From assembly GCF_004010195.1 (NCBI RefSeq), contig NC_057749.1:25966599-26030598 (forward strand): a stretch of DNA of 64,000 bases, given 5' to 3'. Position numbers and translations under genes: made by a program. Positions 11,531 to 24,549 of the stretch are shown piece by piece. The DNA is from Chiloscyllium plagiosum (Eukaryota). A model generated the notes under the pieces. That model saw only the letters and a program-made list of their open reading frames with translations, was not told the origin of the DNA and searched no databases. Position 1 is the stretch's first letter. Each line of letters starts with the position of its first letter.

Positions 11531-13304
11531 TGATTGCTGCAGTGTTGTGGAACCATTCAAAATAGAGTTAGACGATTTTTTTTGAATAGGTGCAATATGC
11601 AGGGCTATGGGGAGAGGGCAAAATGCTCATTCAGAGAGCTGGTGAAGACACAATAGGCTGAATGGGCTCCTTTTGCATTGTAACAATTCTGTGATTCTGG
11701 AAGTAAAAGATCCCAAGGTAGTATTCAAAGGAGAGTGGAGTTGCTGTGGAATTCCTAGTCAACATCTATCTCTCCACCCGTACTTATGAAATACATATGT
11801 TCCTTATTGTATAACTCTGTGTGCAAATTGCCTCATGTATTTGCTGGCACAGCATGAGTCTAATTAATTAACTATAAAAACCTTTTCAGATAATCTGAGA
11901 TTATGAAAGGTGATATTTGAATGCAGTCCTTTCCTTAATGCAATTTGAGGTTTAAAGTTGGATTTAGGGGATGTCAGTTATCAATGTGAAAGCATATTTC
12001 TTTTGTACCTGGTCCAATTACATCAATTTGGAAGCAGCAGGTGCAAGCAATGGATACTCACACTGGTTCTAGTCCCATCTGCTGCAGACGAGTGTGATAA
12101 CAACTCTGAACAAGTTGATTGGAAAAGTAGATTAAATAAAGCATTAAAAAGATTAGGAAGTATCTCAAAGGGCATAGCGTCCCTGTTTCTGAACCATCTG
12201 CTGCAGACCTCACTTTCTCCTCTGAACCAGGAGACTCAGGTTCAAGTCCCACCGGTTTCAGAGGTAAATAATAACATCACTGCGCAGGTGACTAGAAAAT
12301 AGTTAAAAATCACACAACACCAGGTTATGGAAGCACTAGCACTAGCTGCTCCTTCCACCTGATGAAGGAGAGGCGCTCCGAAAGCCAATGCTTCCAAATA
12401 AACCTGTTGGACTATAACCTGGTGCTGTGTGATTTTTAACTTTGTGCATCCTAGACCAACACTAGCATCTCCAAATTTTGATTAGAAAATAGTTTGAGAA
12501 AAATTTTCAAAAGTATCTCAACCATTTAAGAACACAGAAGTTTAAAAAAGAAGAAAATGATGGTTTTGTATTTTGAAGCCTGCAAGGAAGCATTGGCCTT
12601 CACTTGCCAACGTTATATGTAACATGTTTATTTTGTATTATGCTAAACCAAATTAACTTTACGTGGGGAAACAATTAAATTCCCATGCCATTTAAAATAT
12701 CTGTGCCTGCGAAGGAGAAATGTGAGTTGTGATTGTACTGGCTCCAATGAGATTGTAACAAGGACATCTCTGACAAGCAGACAAATTGTTCAGAATTTTT
12801 GTATGTAGACAGCAATTTGTTGCATACGTGAAGATGTCTAGAGACTAACCCCTGTGCTGATATGGCAAATTACCAAGGAACAAAGAAGGACATTGTGCGA
12901 ACAGGAGTGGAGGCAGACGGGCATCAACACTTCTGAAGTGTGTGATTAGCTCTTGAAAACAATGGACTTTCAAAGAGCTCAGGGTCCTTCATGGTGGTTA
13001 GCACAGGGATAAGGATGAATGAATACCAAATGTCTGATTTTGTAATCCAAGATCAATAGAGTTAAGCAGGCAGAGTTTCTAATCAAATGGGTTATAAAAA
13101 CCTAAATAACACGAGAAGATACTCCTGTAGAGAAGCATGAGGCGAGATAATTGTCTCCTGGTAATCCTTGTAAATGCAAGTGAGCATAAATCAGTGTTTT
13201 GTAATGTAAATCAAGGTTAGATCACACATTGAATAAATGTTAATCAGACGCAGTGACTCCATCTGGATCAAGCTAATTGGGAATCAGATATTCACTATAT
13301 CATC

Positions 13305-13632
13305 CAATCCCTACAATGGAGGCAGGCCATTCAGCCCATCAAGTCCACACCTACCCTCTGAAGAGCATCCTATCTAATACCTGTAATCTTACATTTCCCA
13401 TGGCTAACCCAGCCAGCCTGCAATTCCCTGCACATAATGGTAAATTTAGCACAGCCAATCCACTCAACCTACACATCTTTGGATTGTGGGAAGAAACTAG
13501 AGCACCTAAAGGAAACCCATGCAGACAAGGGGAGAATGTGCAAACTCCACCCAGACAGTCTCCTGAGGCTAGAATTGAACCTGGGATCCAGGTGCTGTGA
13601 GGCAGCAGTGCTAACAACTGAGCCACCGTGCT
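13305..13632 (-). mobile_element. HE1 SINE
   Basis: Head, V-domain and tail recognisable. Confidence 0.88.
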
Positions 13633-13984
13633 ACCAACCTGTTTCACGTTTGCTGCTTTAAACAGCATGCAATATCAGGCTTTTTTTGGATCAGACATCA
13701 TTTGAAGAAAATTAATTACCTTTGGTGCAAAGGTGCTTGTGTACAGATGGCATAAATCCCTGTACACCAAAATGCGACCTTATTCAATTTACAATAATCG
13801 TTTTCTGCCTGTGGCATTGATAATTTGCATATGGCGTCCCACAGCTGTGAACACAAATCCCACAAATTTGGTCTGCTGGCACTCCATCGATGCAACATAT
13901 TTTAAAAGCTGAGAACATAGCCATCCTGGTTCAGTTAATTTTTGGAGGGGGTGTGTGATATCAATGTCAAAATGGCTGCCTGCA

Positions 13985-15565
13985 CAGATTTTGGATTAGT
14001 AGTGCTGGAAGAGCATAGCAGTTCAGGCAGCATTCGAGGAGCAGCAAAATCGATGTTTCGGGAAAAAGCCCTTCATCAGGAATAAAGTAGAGAGCCTGAA
14101 GCGTGGAGAGATAAGCTAGAGGAGGGTGGGGGTGGGGGTGGGGAGAAAGTAGCATGGAGTACNNNNNNNNNNNNNNNNNNNNNNNNNNNNNNNNNNNNNN
14201 NNNNNNNNNNNNNNNNNNNNNNNNNNNNNNNNNNNNNNNNNNNNNNNNNNNNNNNNNNNNNNNNNNNNNNNNNNNNNNNNNNNNNNNNNNNNNNNNNNNN
14301 NNNNNNNNNNNNNNNNNNNNNNNNNNNNNNNNNNNNNNNNNNNNNNNNNNNNNNNNNNNNNNNNNNNNNNNNNNNNNNNNNNNNNNNNNNNNNNNNNNNN
14401 NNNNNNNNNNNNNNNNNNNNNNNNNNNNNNNNNNNNNNNNNNNNNNNNNNNNNNNNNNNNNNNNNNNNNNNNNNNNNNNNNNNNNNNNNNNNNNNNNNNN
14501 NNNNNNNNNNNNNNNNNNNNNNNNNNNNNNNNNNNNNNNNNNNNNNNNNNNNNNNNNNNNNNNNNNNNNNNNNNNNNNNNNNNNNNNNNNNNNNNNNNNN
14601 NNNNNNNNNNNNNNNNNNNNNNNNNNNNNNNNNNNNNNNNNNNNNNNNNNNNNNNNNNNNNNNNNNNNNNNNNNNNNNNNNNNNNNNNNNNNNNNNNNNN
14701 NNNNNNNNNNNNNNNNNNNNNNNNNNNNNNNNNNNNNNNNNNNNNNNNNNNNNNNNNNNNNNNNNNNNNNNNNNNNNNNNNNNNNNNNNNNNNNNNNNNN
14801 NNNNNNNNNNNNNNNNNNNNNNNNNNNNNNNNNNNNNNNNNNNNNNNNNNNNNNNNNNNNNNNNNNNNNNNNNNNNNNNNNNNNTTCTCCTGGGAGCAGA
14901 TACGGCGGAGGCGGAGGAATTGGGGATATGGGATGGCATTTTTGCAAGAGATAGGGTGGGAAGAGGTGTCATCCAGGTAGCTGTGGGAGTCGGTGGGTTT
15001 AAAGAAAGTGTCAAGTCGGTCGTCACTGATGGAGATGGAGAGGTCCAGGAAGGGGAGGGAGGTGTCAGAGATGGTCCAGGTAAATTTAAGGTCAGGGTGG
15101 AATGTGTTGGTGAAGTTGATGAATTGCTCAACCTCCTCGCGGGAGCATGAGGTGGCGCCAATGCAGTCATCAATGTAGTGTAGGAAGAGGTGGGGAGTGG
15201 TGACGGTGTAATTACAGAAGATCGACTGTTCTATGTAGCCAACAAAGAGACAGGCATAACTGGTGCCCATACATGTGCCCATGGCTACCCCTTTGGTCTG
15301 GAGGAAGTGGGAGGATTCGAAGGAGAAATTGTTAAGGGTGAGGACCAGTTCGGCCAAACGAATGAGAGTGTCGGTGGAAGGGTACTTTTGGGGACGTCAG
15401 GAGAGGAAAAAACAGAGGGCTTGGAGGCTCTGGTCATGGTGGATGGAAGTGTAGAGGGATTGGATATCCATGGTGAAGATGAGGCATTGGGGGCCGGGGA
15501 AATGGAAGTCTTGGAGGAGGGGGAGGGTGTGGGTGGTGTCTCGAACGTATGTGGGGAGTTCCTGG
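13985..15565 (-). mobile_element. 5'-truncated Penelope-like retrotransposon (family A, Neptune-type RT) spanning a gap
   Basis: RT motifs ELVLTLNNFSF..QTKGVAMGT..HYIDDC..LPFLD..KPTDSHSYL. The 3' end carries the family A terminus with a hammerhead core at ~14049-14083. Confidence 0.92.
14163..14884. other. Assembly gap
   Basis: Run of N. Confidence 1.
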
Positions 15566-15834
15566 AGATGTCAGTGGTGAAATTACACACTCTGCTGAGA
15601 CAGAGCCTTCTTAGCCACTTCCCTCACCCTGACCACCCCCAACTCCCAGGATGTCTATTCAGCTCTCCCTAACCCCCCTGATAGCTGGCCGTACTGCCCC
15701 CACTCCCACTAATACCACTCCACCACCACCATCCCCAACTCTGCTATTCCAGTTCCCTCAGAGGTAACGAATGAGGTGGTGTGTGAGGCACCTGGAACCT
15801 CTTTTAGCGACTGTCAGTGTTTTTTTTATAAACT

Positions 15835-16652
15835 AATGGGACGTGCGCATGGCTGGCAGGCCAGCATTTATTGGTCATCCCTAACTGCCCTTGAACTAAG
15901 TGGCATGCCAGGCCTTTTCAGAGTCAACCACATTGCTGAAGGTCTTTGATTGGATTTGATTTATTCTTGTCACATGTATCAAGACACAGTGAAAAGTTTT
16001 GTTCTCCGTGCTAACCAGCCAACTTATACCTCCCATAAGTATATCAGAGTAATAGAACAGAATGCAGAATATAGTGTTACAGGTACAGAGAAGGTGCTAG
16101 CGAAAGATCATCTCTAATGTATGAGAGATCCGTTCATAAGTCTGATAACAGCGGGGAAGAAGCTGTTCTTAAATCTGTTGATACGTTTCAATGTTTTGTA
16201 TCTTCTGCCCAATGAAAGAGGGTGGAAGAGAGTATAACTGGCTGGGAGGGGTCTTTGGTGATGTTGGCTGCTTTCCCGAGGCAGCAGGAACTATATACGG
16301 AGTCAATGGTTTTCATGATGGACTGGGCCACATGCACAACTCTCTGTAATTTCTTGCAGTCTTGCTTAGAGCAGTTCCACATCAAGTTGTGTTGCACATG
16401 GATAGGAGTCTGGACTCACACATAGGCCAGACCAGGTTAGGATGGCAGATTTCCTTCCCTGAGTGAGCCCGATAGGTTTTTCTAACAATCAGCAATGGTT
16501 TCACAGTCATCGGTAGATTCTTAATTCCACATAGTTTTGATTTTCATTGAATTCAAATTCCGACAATGAATTCAAATCTAGGTCCCAGAACATTAGCTGA
16601 GTTTCTGCATTAATAGTCTAGTGATAATGCCACGAGGTCATCACCTGCTCCC
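15835..16652 (-). mobile_element. SINE-B split by a Rex1/Babar fragment
   Basis: SINE-B tail at 15835-15945 and body/head at 16400-16652. Confidence 0.75.
15947..16400 (-). mobile_element. Rex1/Babar LINE 3' fragment
   Basis: NCSKQDCKKLQRVVHVAQSI..IDSVYSSCCLGKAANITKDPS is the Rex1-type ORF C-terminus; (TCAAA)-type tail. Confidence 0.8.
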
Positions 16653-17084
16653 TCCAGTTGGCAGTGAAGTTTCCCCAAATTAGCCTACTCATGGATAATA
16701 GTCACCCTTGCCATCCAGTTGAGGGCAGCAACTGGGTTCTCAAAGTGAAAGGGCCCTGAGGAGGTCTTGTGGGTTAGAATGAGGCACAGCCTGTTCTCGC
16801 AGGTAAAGGAGAGAGAAGGCACCTCCCTCAAATGGTACCCCCTCAGTCGCTTGAAAAACATTGAATTAATAAATTGTCACAGCCACTGAGCCATTGCTGT
16901 GGAGGGGAAATCTTCCAAGTGGCTAACTGTGCATCTTTCCACATCCCAATCTTCCAGGAAGTGGGCTCACAGGATATTGTCTCTGGATGTTTGGTATCAT
17001 TGTTTCATTCCTTCTATCACTGTATTTGATCCCATTTTGGAGCCAAACATTAAATCCCATATGTGGACTAATTGATAGAGGTGC

Positions 17085-20000
17085 TTTTGTTTTTATTAAT
17101 CTGTGGGATGTTGATGGCTGGCCTGCATTTATTGCCCTTGAGAAGGTGAGGCCTTCTTGAACCGCTGCACTCCACCAACTGTGAGTTGACCCACAATGCC
17201 ATTGGGAGGGAATTCCAGGATTTTGACTCAGCAACAGTGAAGGAATGCAATTTATTTCCAAATTAGGCTGGGGAGTAGCCTGGAGGGGAACTTGAAGGTG
17301 GTGGTGTTCCCATGTATCTGCTGCCCTTTGTCCTTCTGGATGGAAGTGTTTGTAGGTTTGGGAGGTGCTGTCTGACTTACTCACCCCACTAATCATGACC
17401 TCTGACTTGCCCTTGTAGCCAATGTGTTTATGTAGCAAGTGCAGTTGAGTTACTGGTCAATGGTTACCTCCAGGATGTTGACAGTGGGGAATTCAAGTGA
17501 TGATAACATCATTGAATATCAATGATGATGGTTAGATTATCTCTTCATGGTGATAGTCATAGCCAGGCATTTGTGTCAGCCCAAGCCTGGATATTGTCCA
17601 GATTTTGTTGCATTTGAACATGGACTGCTTCAATATCTGAGGAGTGTTGAATGGTGCTAAACATTGTGCAATCATCAGCGAACATTTCCACTTCTGACCT
17701 TATGATGGAGGGAGGGTCATTGACGAAGCAGCTGAAGATGGTTGGGCTGAGGACACTACCCTGAGGAACTCCTGCAGAGAGTCCTGGAGCTGAGATGACT
17801 GACCTCTAATAACCTGAAGCATTTTCCTATGTGCCAGGTATGATTCTAAACAGCAGAGAGTTTGTCCCCAATACCTATTGATTCCAGTTTTGCCAGGGCT
17901 TCTTGATGCCAAACTTGGTTGAATGCAGCCTTGATATCACTTCTCCTTCTCCTCTGGAATTCAATTCTCTTGAACTTGTTTGAACAAAGGCTTTAATGAG
18001 GTCAGGAGCTAAGTGGCCCTGGTGGAACCCAAAATGGGCGTCATTGAACAGGTTATTGCAGAACAGGTGCTGCTTGATAGCACTGTTGATAACACTTTCC
18101 ATCACTTTACTGATGACTGGGAGAAGACTGATGGGGCGGTAATTGGCTGGATCGGATTTGTCCTGCTTTTTATGTACAGAATATACCTGGGCAATTTTCC
18201 ATATTATCAGGTAGATGCTAGAGTTATAACTGAACTGGAACTTATCTGCTTAGCTAGGGGAACATAGGTTCTGGAGCACGAGACTTCAGTATTATTACTG
18301 GAATGTTGGCGAGGCCTGTAGCCTTTGCAGTGTCACATGGAGTGAATTGAGTTTGCAGAAGATTGATATCTGTAATACTGAGGACCACTGGAGGAGGCAG
18401 ACATGGACCATCCACTTGGCATTTCTGGCTGAAGATTGCTGTTAATGGTTTGGCCTTATCTTTGGCACTGATGTGCTAGGTTCTTCCATCATTAAGGATG
18501 GGGATATTTGTGGAGCCTCCTCCTCCAGTGAATTGTTTATTTGTTTACTGCCAATCACGACTGGATGTGGCAGGACTATGGAGCTTATATCTGATTCGTT
18601 TGTTGTGGGATCACTTAGCTCAGTCTATCACTTGCTGCTTATTCTGTTTGGTATGCAAGTAAACTGTTTGGTAGCTTCTAGGAGAAAGTGAGGACTAAAA
18701 ATGCTGGAGGTTAGAATTGAGATTGTGGTGCTGGAAAAGCACAGCAGGTCTGGCAGCATCCGAGGAGCAGGAGAATCAACGTTTCGAGCATAAGCCTGAT
18801 CATTCCTGATGAAAGGCTTATGCCCAAAATGTTGATTTTCCTGCTCCTTGGATGCTGCCTGACCAGCTGTGCTTTTCCAGCACCACGCTCTTCACTATTC
18901 GGTGGCTTCACCAGGTTGACACCTCATTTTCAGGTGTGCCTGGTGCTGCTCTTGGCATGCCCTCCTGGACTCTCCATTAGATTAGATTCCCTACATGGAA
19001 ACAGGCTCTTTGGCCCAACAAGTCCACACTGACCCTCTGAAGAGTAACCCAGCCAGACCTATTCCCCTATGCTATATTTATCCCTGACTAATGCACCTAA
19101 CACTATGGGCAATTTAGATTAGGTTAAATTCCCTACAGTGTGGAAACAGGCCATTCAGCCCAACCAGTCCACACCGAACCACCGAAGAGTAACCCACCCA
19201 GACCCATTTCCCTCCAACTGCCCCTAACACTACGGACAATTTAGCAAGGCCAATTCACCTAACCTGCACATCTTTGGATTGTGTGAGGAAACCGGAGCAC
19301 CCGGAGGAAACCCACGCAGACACGGGGAGAATGTGCAAACACAGGTTGATCTCCTGGCTTGGTGATAATGGTTGAGTGGAGGATATGCCAGGCCATGAGG
19401 TTGCAGATTGTGTTGGAGTACAGTTCTGCTGCTTTTGATGGCCCACAGCATCTCATGGATGCTCGGTCTTGAGCTGCCAGATCTATTTTCAGTCTGTCCC
19501 ATTTAACCTGGTGATAATGCCACACAACACGATGGAAGGTATTCTCAATATGAAGGTGGGATTTCATCTCCATAACGACTGTGCAGTGGTCACATTTGTT
19601 GATGGACAGATGTATCTGCAGCCGGCATACTGGTAAGAATGTGGTCAAGTAGCTCAATCAGTAGTGCTACTGCTGAAACACTCTTGGTGGTGGACATTGT
19701 AATCCCTCACTCAGAGTACATTTTGTACCCATGCATCCTCCATCCTTCCTCCATGTGTGGTTCAGCATGGGGGTATACTGATTCACGAGCACGGTGTACT
19801 GTAAACAGCAGGAGGTTTCCTTGACCATGTTTAACCTGAAGCAATGAGACTTCATGGGGTCCAGAGTCAATATTGAGAACTCCCAGAGCAATTCTCTCCT
19901 GACTGTTTACCACAGTGCTGCCACTGTTCTGCTAATGGGACAGGACATATCCGGAGATGGTAGTATAGGGGATATTGTATGTAAGGTAATATTCTATGAA

Positions 20001-20170
20001 TACGACTGTGTCAGACTGTTACTTGACTAGTATGCAAGACAGCTCTCCCAAATTTGGCACCACACCCACACATGTTAGTGAGGAGGACTTCATAAGGTCA
20101 ACAAGGCTGTTACTGCTGTTGTCTTTTTCGATGCCTAGGTCAACACCAGGTGATCCATCCAGTTTCATTT
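17085..20170 (-). mobile_element. Degenerate long LINE-B (L2/CR1 group) ORF2 with APE and RT, interrupted by a PLE hairpin (~18680-18895) and HE1 pieces (~18976-19345)
   Basis: APE-like HEVSLLQVKHGQGNLLL and RT-like MMESVINSAIKQHL..NNL..HFGFHQGH.APDLI; many frameshifts. Confidence 0.85.
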
Positions 20171-21002
20171 AGATAGAATAGATAGATAGAATTCCTACAG
20201 TGTGGAAACAGGCCATTCGGCCCAACCAGTCCACACCAACTCTCTAGAATACAAAAAACAAAAAAGTGATTGACAGTCTCTCTCCTGAAGATGGGTCACT
20301 GGGCCTGAAGTGTTAACTCTGCTTTTTCTCCACAGATGCTGCCAAGCTTGCTTAGTCTTTCCAGCAATTTGGAATACATGGAATGCTCTGCCCCAGAAGG
20401 CAGTGGAGGCCAAGTCTCTGGATACTTTCAAGAGATGGATAGAGCTCTTAAAGATAGTGGAATCAAGAGTTATGGGGATAAGGCAGGAACAGGATCCTGA
20501 TTTGTGGATGATCAGCCATGATCATAATGAATGGTGGTGCTGGCTTGAAGGGCCGAATGGCCTACTCCTGCACCCATTGTCTATTGTCTATTCTAACAAT
20601 TTCTGTTTTCAATGGCGTCTCTTGTCGTGCAAAAAGATTTGGTATTTTCAAAACATTCTAACAGCTGGCAACAAAGCAAATGAATTATTGAAGCTAGGGA
20701 GCCTTGTTTTAATCATTATTATCTCATGTGTCTCCTTGATATATAGCAGTACTACTTCAAAATAGGTCTCTGCACTATGTTTAATGCCTGATTTTGCAAC
20801 TATCAAATTGCAAAGTACTATATAGAACAAAGAACAGTACAGCACAGTACAGGCCCTTCAGCCCTCGATGTTGTGTCGACCTTTTATCCTCTGCTAAGAT
20901 CAATCGAACCTACATGCCCTTCATTTTACTATCATGTATGTGCCTAAACAAGAGTTGCTTAAATGTCCCTAACATATCTGACTCATATAAGCATCGAAAT
21001 TA

Positions 21003-21062
21003 CAGTAGAATTTGACAAAATAGGGAGACAGTTGTCAACTGGCAATTTTGTTGACTCCACTG
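21003..21062. mobile_element. Minute palindromic pogo/Tigger-like remnant
   Basis: TA|CAGTAGAATTTGACAAAA ... TTTTGTTGACTCCACTG with a central CAGTTG-T-CAACTG palindrome. Confidence 0.45.
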
Positions 21063-21137
21063 TTTAACTATAATAGTTACAAACTGTTCAGAGCTCTGAG
21101 TAGACTTGAACTCAGACTAACACAATTGTCCAAAATA

Positions 21138-21528
21138 CAGAGGAACCTCAATTATCCAAATATCAATTATCAGAATTTCGGATTATCTGAAGGCGATCTC
21201 AAGGTCCTGATGGAAACATTACATCAAAAAGGTGTTTCGAACAGTGATCATGTCTTCTGTTTACAATGATTAAAAATCTGCTTCCAGAAATGCTGTCGAG
21301 ATGGGAGCCCAGGTACTATCTCCAAATGACTGACCTCCCGCGCACTCTCTCTCTCCACACTTTCTCTGGGGTTCTACACAGGGGTGCACCCTAAACCCTG
21401 TGGCTGTGTATGTGTGTGGCTGTATGTGTGTGTGTGTCTGTGTGTGTGTGGCTGTATGTGTGTGTGTGGGGCTGGCCGTGCATGTTTGTGTGTGACTGGA
21501 TTTCTGTGTGTGTGGCTGCGTGTGTGCG
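21138..21528 (+). mobile_element. Left end of a pogo/Tigger-type DNA transposon or MITE, running into a GT-rich repeat and a gap
   Basis: TA|CAGAGGAACCTCAATTATCC terminus with repeated attatc subterminal motifs. Confidence 0.65.
21399..21528 (+). repeat. Degenerate (GT)n / (GTGGCTGT) microsatellite
   Basis: Read directly. Confidence 0.9.
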
Positions 21529-22489
21529 NNNNNNNNNNNNNNNNNNNNNNNNNNNNNNNNNNNNNNNNNNNNNNNNNNNNNNNNNNNNNNNNNNNNNNNN
21601 NNNNNNNNNNNNNNNNNNNNNNNNNNNNNNNNNNNNNNNNNNNNNNNNNNNNNNNNNNNNNNNNNNNNNNNNNNNNNNNNNNNNNNNNNNNNNNNNNNNN
21701 NNNNNNNNNNNNNNNNNNNNNNNNNNNNNNNNNNNNNNNNNNNNNNNNNNNNNNNNNNNNNNNNNNNNNNNNNNNNNNNNNNNNNNNNNNNNNNNNNNNN
21801 NNNNNNNNNNNNNNNNNNNNNNNNNNNNNNNNNNNNNNNNNNNNNNNNNNNNNNNNNNNNNNNNNNNNNNNNNNNNNNNNNNNNNNNNNNNNNNNNNNNN
21901 NNNNNNNNNNNNNNNNNNNNNNNNNNNNNNNNNNNNNNNNNNNNNNNNNNNNNNNNNNNNNNNNNNNNNNNNNNNNNNNNNNNNNNNNNNNNNNNNNNNN
22001 NNNNNNNNNNNNNNNNNNNNNNNNNNNNNNNNNNNNNNNNNNNNNNNNNNNNNNNNNNNNNNNNNNNNNNNNNNNNNNNNNNNNNNNNNNNNNNNNNNNN
22101 NNNNNNNNNNNNNNNNNNNNNNNNNNNNNNNNNNNNNNNNNNNNNNNNNNNNNNNNNNNNNNNNNNNNNNNNNNNNNNNNNNNNNNNNNNNNNNNNNNNN
22201 NNNNNNNNNNNNNNNNNNNNNNNNNNNNNNNNNNNNNNNNNNNNNNNNNNNNNNNNNNNNNNNNNNNNNNNNNNNNNNNNNNNNNNNNNNNNNNNNNNNN
22301 NNNNNNNNNNNNNNNNNNNNNNNNNNNNNNNNNNNNNNNNNNNNNNNNNNNNNNNNNNNNNNNNNNNNNNNNNNNNNNNNNNNNNNNNNNNNNNNNNNNN
22401 NNNNNNNNNNNNNNNNNNNNNNNNNNNNNNNNNNNNNNNNNNNNNNNNNNNNNNNNNNNNNNNNNNNNNNNNNNNNNNNNNNNNNNNNN
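21529..22489. other. Assembly gap
   Basis: Run of N. Confidence 1.
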
Positions 22490-22539
22490 CGGTATAAAAG
22501 GAGGGGCGCGGGCATTGCTTTCGCTGGTTCGGCGGGTGA

Positions 22540-22990
22540 AGCGCTTAAAGGACGTTGCCCGGGATTTTTAGACCCACGTGCGCTTCCAGAGCTCGGCCCT
22601 CATTGTCCTGCAAGAGGCCAACGAGGCTTTATCTGCTGGTCCTCTTCGAGGACACCAACCTGTGCGCTGTCCAAGCCAAGAGGCTCACTATGATACCCAA
22701 GTACATCCACCTGGTCTGGCTCACTATGATACCCAAGTACATCCACCTGGTCTGGCTCACTATGATACCCAAGTACATCCACCTGGTCTGGCTCACTATG
22801 ATACCCAAGTACATCCACCTGGTCTGGCTCACTATGATACCCAAGTACATCCACCTGGTCTGGCTCACTATGATACCCAAGTACATCCACCTGGTCTGGC
22901 GCATCTGTGTGGAGCAGCCCTGACACTAACCTCTCCCCATCCCCCCCACCCCACTCAGAATCGACTGGAAGGGCTTTCCACAGCCACCAC
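22540..22990 (+). pseudogene. H3: Replication-dependent histone H3 pseudogene (C-terminal half) with a degenerate 3' stem-loop
   Basis: ARDF*THVRFQSSALIVLQEANEA / [35 protein letters not shown] aligns to [61 protein letters not shown]. K79 is a stop (22569-22571), there is a 1-nt frameshift near 22628, and GGCT-TTCCAC-AGCC-ACCAC lies at 22972-22990. Confidence 0.93.
22682..22897 (+). repeat. Perfect 36-bp minisatellite x6 (ggctcactatgatacccaagtacatccacctggtct)
   Basis: Six identical units translating to [12 protein letters not shown] x6. Confidence 0.97.
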
Positions 22991-23269
22991 TACATCAAGC
23001 AGATTACCATAGTGTGTTGTACAAGAGCCTTGCTTATTTGCACGCAGTTACAAATCACAAGCACCAGGATGTATTATGACAGGCTTATTTACAAGCACGA
23101 GTCTTCAAATTAAACCAGTTGGACTATAACCTGATAATGTGAAAGTTGGAGAAACTGAGCACTGTCTGTCCCAGTCCAATACTGGCTTCCCCCACACCAT
23201 TGTCTTATTTGGAGAATTGCACCTCTGGTCAGATTGAACCTGTAATGTGCATTGCCCTTAACTTATCCC

Positions 23270-23650
23270 AGGTGAAAACGAGGACTGCGGATACTGGAAA
23301 CCTGAACTTCATCTTGCACCTCTGAACACTTCAATCCCAGGGCATCAATGTGGACTTCACCAGTTTCCTACCCAGTTCCAGCTAGCACCGTTCCCATGAC
23401 CTGTCCTACGTGCCTATCTTCCTTCCCATCTATCCACTCCACCCTCCTTTCTGACCTATCACCTCCATCCCCACCCCCATTCACCTATTGTACTCTATGC
23501 TACTTTCTCCCCAGCCCCACCCCCCTCTCATTTATCTCTCCACTCTGCAGGCAACCTGCCTCTATTCCTGATGAAGGGCTTTTGCCTGAAACGTCGATTT
23601 TCCTGCTCCTCGGATGCTGCCTGACCTGCTGTGCTTTTCCAGCACCAGAC
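23270..23650 (+). mobile_element. PLE family A 3' end with a short inverted terminus; hammerhead core at ~23565-23600
   Basis: ORF end (ggcatcaatgtggacttcaccagtttc), pyrimidine-rich UTR and attcCTGATGAAGGGCTTTTGCCTGAAACGTCgatt. Confidence 0.85.
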
Positions 23651-24051
23651 TTAGAAAAAACTAGGCCTGGGTGGCATGAGTTGTTTCAGTGGTTAGCGTT
23701 ACTGCCTCACAACTCATGGATCTGGGCTCAATCCCAGCCTCAGGTGACTGTCTATGGAGCTTGCACATTCTTCCTGTGTCTGCGTCGGTTTCCTCTGATC
23801 TCTGATGTAATTGTACAGTATGAGGAGATGAACCTGATATTTCCTTAAACCAAAATAGAAATTGATAAGAGAAACTCAACAAGTCTGGCAGCATATGTGG
23901 GAAGAAAGCAGATTATGTGACTCTCCCTTAGAATTGAGTGTCCAAATGGCATTTGAGAAGAAGCATGTGTTGTCTACAGCTGCAGATAATCACTCACATC
24001 ACCAGTGCGCATAACGGAGTATAGTATGTATTATTATTATTGATGCCAATG

Positions 24052-24545
24052 ACATAGAGCTGTGCAGCATGGAAACAGACCCTTCGCTCCAACTCGTTCA
24101 TGTCGACCAGATATCCTAAACTAATCTAGTCCCATTTGCCAGCACTTGGTCCATATCCCTCTAAGACGAAAGTGAGGACTGCAGATGCTGGAGATCAGAG
24201 TCAAGATTAAAGTGGTGCTGGAAAAGCCCTGATGAAGGGCTTTTGCCCAAAACGTTGATTTTCCTGCTCCTTGGATGCTGCCTGACCTGCTGTGCTTTTC
24301 CAGCACCACTCTAATCTTGACCCATATCCTTCCTATTCATGTACCCATCTAGATGCCTTTTAAATATTGTAATTGTACCAGCCTCCACCACTTCCTCTGG
24401 CAGCTCGTTCCATACACGCACCACCCTCTGTGTGAAAAAAATTGCCCCTTAGGTCTCTTTTAAATTTTTCACCTCTCACCCTAAACTCCTCTCACACGGG
24501 GAAGACTTTGTCTATTTACCCTATCCATGCCCCTCATGATTATAA
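24052..24545 (-). mobile_element. HER1/CR1 3' fragment split by a PLE hairpin (~24165-24321)
   Basis: CR1 3' UTR and ORF end; ccatatcc duplication around the insert. Confidence 0.85.
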
Positions 24546-24549
24546 ATAT

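Noticed and set aside
13720..13845. Possible minus-strand coding exon (LWDAICKLSMPQAEND..)
   Set aside because: Splice sites are plausible but weak, the peptide is unrecognised, and no partner exons were found.
22682..22897. CRISPR-like 36-bp repeats
   Set aside because: Units are contiguous with no spacers, derive from histone H3 coding sequence, and there are no cas genes in this vertebrate DNA.
22555..22923. Functional H3 variant CDS
   Set aside because: Upstream in-frame stop at K79 and a frameshift; the listed ORF has a non-ATG start and lacks the N-terminal histone fold.
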